Origin: the human T2T-CHM13v2.0 reference genome, Homo sapiens
Direction: 5' to 3' (one strand)
Assembly: GCF_009914755.1 (NCBI RefSeq)
Contig: NC_060935.1
DNA: 64,000 nucleotides
The notes under the pieces were generated by a model. It worked only from the letters and a program-made list of their open reading frames with translations. It did not search any database and had not been told where the DNA came from. Each line of letters begins with the position of its first letter. The stretch's first letter is position 1. Made by a program: the position numbers and the translations under genes. Of the stretch, positions 41,668 to 51,500 are shown piece after piece.

Positions 41668-41931
41668 TGACGCCAAACTCTCCTCGACTTGCCCCGACTC
41701 TTAGTTGAAAAATCTCTGTCCTCTCCCAGGCTCTCCAGCTTCCCAAGCAATGACCTCAATGAAAAAAATGACAGCGGGGCGGACTGCCCCCGCTCCAGAG
41801 TACCAGTGCCGGCAGTGCGAGCTATGACGCAATCGGAGCTCGGTCGGTCCTTTGATTGGCTAGTCCTGGCCACTTTGGATTGGCCGCGCGGGCTGGTGGG
41901 GACCCCCCCCCTCCAGCTATCTCTGTAATAA
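41668..41931 (+). promoter_or_regulatory. CALCB: CALCB proximal promoter
   Basis: CRE-like TGACGCCA 41668, TGACCTCA 41751 and TGACGCAA 41825; GC box GGGGCGG at about 41776; two inverted CCAAT (ATTGG 41855, 41879); TATA-like TAATAA 41926-41931. Confidence 0.7.
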
Positions 41932-41957
41932 GAGCGGGGTCTCCGCTGGGAAGGCGC

Positions 41958-42026
41958 CCACAGCAGGTGTGGTGTTCATCCCGGGTCGACCGGCCGCTCG
42001 CGCTGCCCTGAAACTCTAGTCGCCAG
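41958..42026 (+). other. CALCB: CALCB non-coding exon 1 (start approximate)
   Basis: Begins about 27 nt after the TATA-like box and ends at donor CCAG|GTGAGG (42026/42027). Matches the known calcitonin-family gene layout. Confidence 0.7.
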
Positions 42027-43081
42027 GTGAGGAACTTCCCATTCCCCATTCCGCTCACTCGAATAACCTGCTTCTTCGACTAGTTCATCCAGTTTGCTCC
42101 ATCTGCCTGTCTGCCTCTCCGCCGCCATCTGGTCCTACCTTACAGCGGTGGTCCTAGCTCTCTTCCAGGCCCCGTAGAAGGCGAGCGGTTAGGGTTGTCC
42201 TGGCAGTTTCTCCTACCAGTGCGAGAGGAGCCCAAGCATCCCCATGGCTCAGCGTGGGCGCTGGAAGCGCAGCGAGCGGAGGTAGGCGGGTCTGCAGCCC
42301 TGGCGTTGGGGCCTGGCTGAGCGCAGGATTCTGCAGAGTTGGGTCCGGGAGCGCCCTGCGCCGTCTTTGTCCTTCGGGAGCATGTTTCGTTCCCGGGAGG
42401 TCGGAACCCTGAGCTTTCCTCTGAGGCGCCTCCCTGGTGAGCCTTCCCGGGATTCCGGTCCGGATCTGAGGCAGTGTTGTTAGCGGACTAGAACCCTGGG
42501 CGCTCACCTCGCGGAGCTGCTGCTCAGCATCTGCTGCTAAAACGCGCTCCGGCAGAGGGCTGGCTTTGCGGGCGAGTCCTGAGACACCCGTAACTGGCAC
42601 GTTAAAAATTTTTCCCAGTTCCAAGACTGAGAAATGAGCGCTCCTTTCCAATCCACCCTTCCCACCTTCCCCTCGCATGCGTTGGCGCGAAGCCCAGCAG
42701 AGGAGAAGGCGAGAAGGGGAGAGCAGGTCTACAGCAAGGTGCGTCCACGCCTGGTTTAGGCATAAATCAGGGCAGAAGTGTCTGTTTGTGTGCACGGGCG
42801 CGTGTGGCTTCTCCCTGGCCTTCAACAAAACAGAACCAAAATTCATCCTTTCTCTCCACCCTTCCCCTAGGACACCTTTTTCCGCTCTATCAAGCCATTC
42901 ACTCACTGCAATGTGTCTCTTGAGATTCACAGCAGCCCTTCCTGCAAATGAAGGGAACAGAGGCTCAGGCAGCTGAAGTAACGTGCCTAAGGTCACATGG
43001 CAGTTGTGGCAGAGGCAGGACTGGAACCTAGATCTGTGCTGGTGCAGTAGTAACGTCATCCTTCCTTTACAGAGAGGCGGC

Positions 43082-43167
43082 ATGGGTTTCCGGAAGTTCT
43101 CCCCCTTCCTGGCTCTCAGTATCTTGGTCCTGTACCAGGCGGGCAGCCTCCAGGCGGCGCCATTCAG
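43082..43167 (+). CDS. CALCB: Prepro-beta-CGRP, coding exon 1 (gene exon 2, signal peptide)
   Basis: Acceptor cttcctttacag (exon from 43073), GGCGGCATGG Kozak context, [28 protein letters not shown], donor CAG|GTGAG; 86 coding nt. Confidence 0.97.
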
Positions 43168-43423
43168 GTGAGACAGCCTGGAGCCAGAGGCGCCTTCTGC
43201 TCCCACTGCCCCTAGGACCAGACAGCTCTGTGCCTTTGAAGTCACGCGTGGCTCCTGGTGAATCAGTGCCCACAGGTGGACCCTGGCCTCATGCCCGTCC
43301 CCTGGGAGTCGCGGTGGCCACATCCCCAGGGGAAGAAGCAGAGACCAGGAAGCCTGGCTGCCTATCCTGGGGAGGGTCAGTCAGGGGCTCACAGCCTGCA
43401 AGGAGTTTGCTTCCCTTCCACAG

Positions 43424-43561
43424 GTCTGCCCTGGAGAGCAGCCCAGACCCGGCCACACTCAGTAAAGAGGACGCGCGCCTCCTGCTGGCTGCACTGGTGC
43501 AGGACTATGTGCAGATGAAGGCCAGTGAGCTGAAGCAGGAGCAGGAGACACAGGGCTCCAG
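43424..43561 (+). CDS. CALCB: Prepro-beta-CGRP, coding exon 2 (gene exon 3, propeptide)
   Basis: Acceptor ttcccttccacag; (R)[45 protein letters not shown]; donor CAG|GTGAG; 138 nt, phase 2 at both ends. Confidence 0.97.
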
Positions 43562-44532
43562 GTGAGGTTCCCCAAGCGCCCAGCACAGGGACTCCTCTCC
43601 CCGCAGCATACACAGGAAGGTGGATCCCAAGAGGCAGGAGAGAACACACTGGCAAGGGGTCCAGCAAGCTGATTTGTCCAGCAGGCTCCCTTTCTCAAGT
43701 TCCAAGGGAGACAGAGGTCCCAGTGCACCTGGAGGGACTGTGTGTGGTTAGACACAATAAAAAGCTCCGTTTCTGAAAGCTGTTAGAACATAGATGTAGA
43801 AGCTTTTTCTAGACATAGAAAAAACTCAATTTGTGAAAACTGATAGAAAATGAAATGGGGAGGTGTGGAATCGTTCACTGTGGAAATTGCTCTTGCAGTA
43901 CTGGGAGATCTCCTAGCATTGGATGAGTTAAGACTGGTAAGGGTGAAGTCAGGAATAGACCCAATATCTCAGAAAGTTTTAGAAATTTCACATGTGCATG
44001 CCATTCTTTCATACCTGCAAGAAGCCTTCATTTCACATTTGCAAGGTGAAGATGAAGCCCTTGCAGGGGGTGGGGACAGAGCAGTGTCTGAGGTAGGTTT
44101 GAGCCTTTAGATGTGCAAGCTCTGTGGAGATGTGCATGTTGTCATGAGGCCAGGGAGAGCACCGTTTCCCAGACCCACATCCTTGTGCATGTTGAGCCTG
44201 AGCAGAGACCAACCCCTGGCCTGCTCCCAGCACTGCTGGGCAGAGGCATGTGTCACACCTACATTCACCCCGAGAACCTCTCTGTTGAGCATGAAGGGCT
44301 GAACATCATGGGAATACCAGAAAAGATCATCCTTCCTCATTCAGCCCTTCTCTACACTGCCCTGGCCCACTGACCCTCTCACCTCTCCTAATGGAGTGTG
44401 TGTGAGCTGCCCTCCTGCCTGCCCCACCTGCTCCCACTCGACATGTCCCCTGCCTGGTCCAACCTTCTGAGTGACTGCCCATGGGGACAGTCCCTAGTGC
44501 ATGGTACTGTCTGGCATGTCCTTCCCTTGCAG

Positions 44533-45050
44533 CTAGAGCAGTCCTAGATTTAAGTAGCATATAGTAATCTGAGTACCTGCTTGCAGGGCACATACTTGCA
44601 GTACCTGAAAAACTTTCATATGTTCCCTGGCATCAACTTCGGGCCTGAAATTCCTGGCAAGAATAGGGACATAGTCAACAGCTTGCAGAGGGACCACTAC
44701 CCGACTCCAGGGTCCCCCAGATGGCAGCTGAACTTCTCTCAACTCTCCTGATTCCCCTTCTTGCTCCACTTTATGAACCTGATGCATGTGGATTCCTCTC
44801 TGATTTGTCTTCATGCTGGTATTGGTATTTTTGCTTATGACAGAGAATGTTTTGAAGACCTCAGGATGGAAGGGAAGACAGCAGGACTTACTGAACACGT
44901 TAGAGATAAAAGAAAATAAGGGAAGCTTCTTGAGACTGTAGAGGGTGTTATGACAGAGGCATCCAATTTCTGCTTCTAAATGTACTACGATAAAATAAGC
45001 ACGTCCTTAATGCCTTGGCGTTAGATGAATCAATCTATTTTTCTAAAAGG
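44533..45050 (+). pseudogene. Calcitonin-like pseudo-exon (paralogue of CALCA exon 4)
   Basis: Acceptor ccttcccttgcag. In-frame TAG at 44534 and 44555, then a 2-nt shift. 44560-44655 reads [32 protein letters not shown] followed by GKNR and katacalcin-like [10 protein letters not shown]. 3' end approximate. Confidence 0.9.
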
Positions 45051-45648
45051 AACTGAGCTGCGGTGCTCATTGCTCTGGTCCACATCCAGACTTGAGGGTG
45101 TCCAGTGCCTATGCTCAGAAGTAGCCTTAGCTTCAGGGTAGCTGGGTATGGGGCTTGGTGGGTCATCACTATGACCCAGCTCAAGCAGCAAGAACAGTGT
45201 GTGAAGGAGCTGGTAAGTACTTCTGGGAGAGGATGCTGCAAACCCTGTTCTCTGAGCTTCTTCTGAAGACTTTAGGGAATTTCATTTTCCTGTGGTAATG
45301 GGTAGTGTTGGTGCTTGTGGCTGGGGTATGGTCTCTGTATACTCCTCGTGTATCTTGGGGTGGGTCTGGGCCTCGTTGCCCACTTCCTCCTTGAATGGTA
45401 AGTGCAGGGTTTCAGCCTGTGCCCCGTGGCTTGGAATTGTTTTTTCTTCTTTCTTTTCATGATGGTCTTTGGGCAGAGCTCCTGGTGAAGACTGCCAGGC
45501 CATTTCCCCTAACAGCTTTGATAATTGCATTTTCGAGAAACACTTACTGTTAGGTGGTGTGTCGAAGTGTTGCAGTTCTCTTCATGAAGGCTCCTCCCCC
45601 AGCTTTTCACTCACAGGTCTTCTCTTCTTTCTCTATCTTGCAAATCAG

Positions 45649-45808
45649 CTCCGCTGCCCAGAAGAGAGCCTGCAACACTGCCACCTGTGTGACTCATCGG
45701 CTGGCAGGCTTGCTGAGCAGATCAGGGGGCATGGTGAAGAGCAACTTCGTGCCCACCAATGTGGGTTCCAAAGCCTTTGGCAGGCGCCGCAGGGACCTTC
45801 AAGCCTGA
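45649..45808 (+). CDS. CALCB: Prepro-beta-CGRP, coding exon 3 (mature beta-CGRP at 45668-45778)
   Basis: SAAQKR, then [37 protein letters not shown], then GRRRRDLQA stop. N3, M22 and S25 identify beta-CGRP. 86+138+160=384 nt = 127 aa plus stop. The exon continues to donor AAG|GTAAC at 45833. Confidence 0.98.
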
Positions 45809-46445
45809 GCAGATGAATGACTCCAGGAAGAAGGTAACTACCCTAATGCTATGGGATAAGAGGGGGAAGGGACTTGGAGTTAAAACCTACATTTTGAAAA
45901 CCTCTGCTCTGGTAGGTTCTTTAGGTTCCTTCTGTCCAGTTACATTGTTCCTCCTGAGGTAGTGAGTTCTTTCTAGAACCTAGCATGATGTCAGAATGAC
46001 ATCAGAGATGTAGTGTCATTTTTCTGATAAGGGAAATGGAAAGAAAATAAAAAGCTTGCTGGATTCAGAAAGGGAGAGGTCTGCAAACCTTAACCAGGGC
46101 CAGTCTTCATTCATTAGGCTGGTTTCAGAAAGGGCTCAACCCTTGACTACAGATTCAGGTGGATAAGCTGTAATCATAACCTACTACCAAGATTAATAGA
46201 TGCAGTTGAATTATTTTAGTCTTCATTTGCCTTACAAGCCTGCTTACCTCTCATAACCATAATTCATAAATGCTGTTTAAAGAAACACTTCTGTAAATTA
46301 GTATTTTTTCAGTAATAATTGTGATTATTCATGACTTGTCTTCTACTTCTTTTTTTCTCTTCCTTCTCCTTTTCATCTTCTTCCTTTTTCTCTCCTTTGT
46401 CCTCCCCTTCTTCTCCCTCCTCTTCTTTTTTTCCCCTAATCTCAG

Positions 46446-47000
46446 GTTATCATGAAACTGAACTCACCATTTCTATTAATTTCTGTTGGTAAGAACTTGG
46501 TGAGAATGCCCCGTGGAAGATACACATGTTTGCATCCTAAGATACTGAAAAAAGGGCACCTTTGTCACTTGAAAGGAATGAAACTGAATGCAAAATAAGC
46601 TAATTCCATATTTGCTGTGCATCATTTTTATATTTAATTCTATGTCCAGTAAAAGTGATGGCATCTCTCATTGACTTATCTGGTAGCAAACTGGTTCTTT
46701 CGGAGCCATCCTGTTGATCATGCAGCTCCACCAAACCTTAGGGGGACGTGAAATCACTGCCTGTTGTGGTCTCCGAGGACACATGGTAATGGTGATGCTG
46801 TGCCTTGTTATCTAAGAACATGATTGTATAATTTGTTTAAGAAAATGTCAATATTGTGCCATTTGTGAACTTCATCAAGATTAAAAGCATATTTTGGGTA
46901 CATTTGTTTCAAAACCTTGGTGATGCATTACAACTTGTTTTCTTATGTAATAATAATGATGATGATGATGATAATAATAAATATTTTTGAGTGCTTACTA
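46446..47000 (+). other. CALCB: CALCB terminal 3'UTR exon
   Basis: Long polypyrimidine tract and ctcag acceptor at 46445. Candidate poly(A) signals ATTAAA 46880-46885 and AATAAA 46976-46981. Cleavage site uncertain. Confidence 0.8.
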
Positions 47001-47210
47001 TGTATGGGCCAGATATTATTTTGAAACAGTGCTTTACACCTGTGAATTCATTTAATCTTCATGACAAAACCATGAAGTAGATGCTATTATTCATGTCCCT
47101 TCACCTCTGAGGAAACAGAGGCAGGGAGAAGTCCAAGGTCACACACAGATAGATAGAGGTAGACCCAGGTATTGGGTTCCAGGGCTTACAGTGGAAATCA
47201 CTGCACTATA
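46982..47210 (-). mobile_element. MIR, preceded by (GAT)n(AAT)n
   Basis: tttttgagtgcttactatgt...tcatttaatcttcatgac...tgaggaaacagaggcaggg...ccaaggtcacac. Confidence 0.7.
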
Positions 47211-48519
47211 GGCCTTTCTACAGTGGCTCCTGATGTTTTTCAGAGACTTGTGAGCCATTCTTTGGCCTAGCTGCCTGATAAGGTAGACCCTCAGATTTTG
47301 GAGATGCATAACAAATTTTAAACATAAAAACAACCTAGTCTTTACAGAATATAATGAATTTTTTGTACCCATTTCTTGGCCTCAAAAATGATCAGTTGCC
47401 ACTGTTGTTATGTCTGTATATCATCTATATCCCTTCCTCCAGTGTATTATCATGTCAATATATCCATAAGTAAATATTTCATCATGTATTTCCAAATGGG
47501 AAGGGCTTTTAAAATATAATCACAATTTCATTTAACAACTAAAATAAATTTACAATAATTTTAAAATTCTTTAATATTACACATCAGCCATGGTTCAAAT
47601 TCTCTATGTATCATGTAATATAAATGATAAGATGGAGAATTTACATATATTTATATATATGTGAAACCAGGGCTCAAATTGAATCTTCACATTGCTGCTG
47701 GTTAATAATAAGTTTTAATTTAAGGCTCTTACAAATTAGAGGTTCCTCCCTCATCTATTTTCCCCCTTGCTGTTTATTTGTTGGAGAGACTAAGTTATTT
47801 ATCCAATAAAGAGTTCTACATTCTGCATCCCTGTGGTGAGGTTTAACAGTTAAGTCCTGTGAATCAGCAATCGGATCTAGAGTGAGTGATTGGGAAAAGA
47901 AATAGGGGATGAGGCCAGAGAGTAGATGAAGGCGAAGACAGATCGTGTAGTACTTTGTAGGGCATAGGAAACACTGGCTTTTTATTAGTCAATCTCTAGT
48001 CAGGAAAACAGGAACTACCTGAGTAATTTTAACAGAAATAATTTAAAAAAGGAGTTGGCTAAATCAGTATTAGTGTAGTGACAAAGTGAAAGAAAAGGGT
48101 AGTTCAGAGATAGAAACCATAGGAAGAGGCCACCATCCTCGGGGCTATGGGAATAAAGAGAAGAAGGGAGGTAAGTAGGATCTAGAGCCTGCAGGAGGAT
48201 TCTCAGACCACAAAGATGGGAAGCTGGCAGATGCTGGTATCTCTGAGGGGGTATCTCTTGTATCTCTGAGGCTATTCTAGAAGTAGGGAAAAACAAAACA
48301 AAAGTTAAAACTGGAAACAACCTCACTGACAGGGTAGAGCATCTCTGTGGGTGATGCCAGCAGAAATAGAAGTCGAAATTGGAAGGAACCTGTTTCTTTT
48401 TATTCCAGATGCCTCTTGTCTCCTCTTAGGACCTTCAATTAGCAGAGCCTAAAGGGGGTTCAGCTGACAGAGGAAAAGTTGGTTTGCAAAGTCCCAGCCC
48501 TAGTATTTCATAGTAAACA

Positions 48520-51500
48520 TGTGATTTTAAATTTACATATAGAGAAGTTCATTTTTTGTGATATACCATTCTATGAGTTTGAAAAATACATTGTCATCCA
48601 ATTACCATCACCATGGAGATATAAAGCAGTTCTATTCCTTCCCCAAATTCTTCCATGTTTCCCCTTTGCAGTCAATCACTCCTTCCACCCTCAGCCTCTG
48701 ATCATGACTGTTCTGTTTTCTGTCCCTATAGTTTTGCCTTCCCGAGAATGTCATATGCATGTAGCTTTTTGGTCTATCTTTTACTCAGCAAAAGGCATTT
48801 GAGATTGATCCATGTCATTGGATATATCAATTACTTCCTTCTTTTTATTACTGTGTAGTATTACATTCTTGCATTGTGCCACAGTTGATTTATCAATTTA
48901 CCCAAAGAAGGACACTTGGGTTGTTTCTCATTTGGAATTTATGAATGGAGGTGCTATAAACACTCATGGATAGATTTTTGTGTGAAGATGAGTGTAATGG
49001 GCTGAATAGGGCACCCAAAAGGTGTCCATGTCCTAATCACTGGAACCTATGTTTTTACCTTACTTGGAAAAAGGGTCTTTGCTAATGTAATTAAGAATCT
49101 TAAAATGAGATCATCCTGAATTATCCAGGTGTGTCCTAAATCCAATGACATATCCTTATAAGAGATTCACTCAGAAGACACATGTGGAGAAGGTGACATG
49201 ACAGAGGCAAGGAGGCACAAGCCAAGGAAGTCTGTGTCTACCAGAAGCCAGAATCACAGAACAGTCTCTGGAAGAAGAGCAGCCCTGCTGACACCTAGAG
49301 TTTGGACTTCCAGCTTCCAGAACTGTGAGAGAATAATTTCTGTTGTTTTAAGCCACAAAGTTTGTGGTAATTTGTTATGACAGCCCTAGGAAACTAATAC
49401 AATACATTTTCATTTATTTTGGGTAAATGCCTTGGAGTGGGATTGCTGGGTTATTTGGAAAGTGTGTATTTAACTCTGTAAGAAACTGCCAAACTATTTT
49501 CTGAAGTGACTGTACCACTTCGCCTTCTTGCCAGCCACATATGAGAGCTCTAGTATTTCCACAAATAGGTATGTAGCAGTACCTCATTGCTGTTTTAATT
49601 TGTATTTCCCCAATGACTAATGACGTTGAGCATCTATTTTACCATATGTTTATCACCTTTATTGAAGGGTCTGTTTAAATCTTCTGCTAAATTTTTGTTG
49701 GCTTGCTTGCTTTATTAGTGTTGAGTTTTTAGAGCTCTTTATATGTTGTGGATGCAAGATTGTTTTCAGATATATAGTTTGGAAACTTCCTTCCCCTGAA
49801 TCTGCGGATTGCTTTTTCATTTTCTTAGCAGTGTCTCTCACAGAGAAAAAGTTGTAATTTGAATAAGATCCAATTCATCTTTTTTTTTCTTTTATGTATT
49901 GTGCTTTTAGTTCATGTCTAAGAACTCTTTGCCTAACTAAGGTCCCAAGGTCACAATAACCTTATTCTATACTTTCTTGTAAAAGTTTTATAGTTTTATA
50001 TTTTATATGTAGATTAGTGATCTATTTTGAGTTAATTTTTGTATAAGGTGAGAGGTGTAGGTTGAAATTCATACCTGTGAATATAGATACCCAATTGTTT
50101 CAGTGCCATTTGTTAAAAAGACTGTTATTTCACCATTTAATTGCCCCTGCACCTTTGTCAAAAAGCAAATGATCAGTTGTGTGGGTATATTTCTGGGTTC
50201 TCAATTCTGTCTCATTGATTGATTTGACCATTCTTTTGCCAATGTCATACTGCCTTGATTAGTGTAGTGTTAAAGTGAATCTCAAAACCAGGTAATGTGG
50301 GTCTACCAACATTGTTCATTCTTGTTCAAAAAGATTTTAGCTACATCTAAAATATTTTCTACATCTTTTATACATTTTAGAATCAGTGTGTTACTATCTA
50401 CAAAATTTCTGATGAGATTTTTAATGGGATTGTGTTAAATCAGTGGGTTAATTTTGGGAGAATTAGCATATTAATAATATTAAGTCGTTCAATTCATGAA
50501 CACAATACATGTTTTCACTTATTTAGGTTTTCTCTGTTTTTTTTTTTTTTAACAGTGTTCTCAGTTTTCAACAGAAATATTCTACACATATCTTGTTAGA
50601 TTTTTAACTATTTTATTTTTTGGTGCTAATGTAAATGGTACTTAAACATTTTTGTTTTTAATTGTTCATTGCTAGTAGATAGAAATACAATATTTAAAAT
50701 ATTAACATTGTATTCTGTGACCTTGCTAAACTCAATTATTCATTCTATGAGGTTTTTTGTGTTGTTGTTTCTTTCAGGGTTTTCTATGTAGACAGTTACT
50801 TTTTCTTCTAGTAGAGTTAGTTTGAGTTCTCCCTTTTACATCAGCTTATCTTTCATTTCTTTTTCTTGACATATTACTCTGGCTATAACTTCCAGTATGA
50901 TGTTAAATTGGAGTAATAAGTGCAGACATCCTACTCAATCGTTGTGGTGATATTAAAGAAAAGTCCATACATTCTTTGGTACTACTTCCTTTAAAATTGG
51001 GAGTCAACATCCCCTTCCCTTAAGTGTAAATTCTATTGACTGATTTGCTTCTAACAATAGAATGTGACAGAGGAGATGGTATGTGACATGTGCTTAGAGC
51101 AGCATATAAGGTATTATAATATCCTCCTTGCTTTCTTTCTTGGGTTACTTACTCTGGGGGAAGTCAGATGACTTGTGAAGACATTCAAGCACCTGTGAGA
51201 GGCCTACATAGCATGGAACTGAGGCGTCCTGACAATAGCCATGTGTGAGCAAAGTGGGGTTGCAATCAGCTTCGTTGGTGCCAGTTAAGCCTTCATATGA
51301 CTGTAGCCCCAGTGGATACCCTGCCTGCAGCCTCATGAGAGACCTTGAACAAGCACCACCCAGCTAAGTCATTTCTAAATTCCTAACCCACAGAAACTAT
51401 GACCAAAAAAAAATCGTTGTTTTAAGCCACTAAGCTTTGGGGTAGTTTGTTACATAGCAATAAATAATACAGTCTTTCAACATTAAACATATTAAGTATA

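Larger units (their letters stand above)
40700..42800. promoter_or_regulatory. CpG island / CpG-rich region over the CALCB promoter, exon 1 and intron 1
   Basis: Dense CpG and high GC relative to the flanks, strongest at about 41770-42750. Judged by eye, not computed. Confidence 0.8.

Noticed and set aside
42154-43323. 389-aa antisense ORF over CALCB intron 1 and exon 2
   Set aside because: Runs through the CpG island and a MIR-like segment (about 42935-43035), with Pro/Ala/Arg/Leu-biased composition and no domain. Most likely a chance ORF; ribosome profiling or codon conservation would be needed to revive it.
45554-45648. Upstream extension of the CGRP ORF and alternative acceptor cactcacag at 45616
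   Set aside because: The ORF-track extension is intronic. The upstream AG would add 32 nt and shift frame, and CACTCAC is better read as the branch site of the true acceptor.
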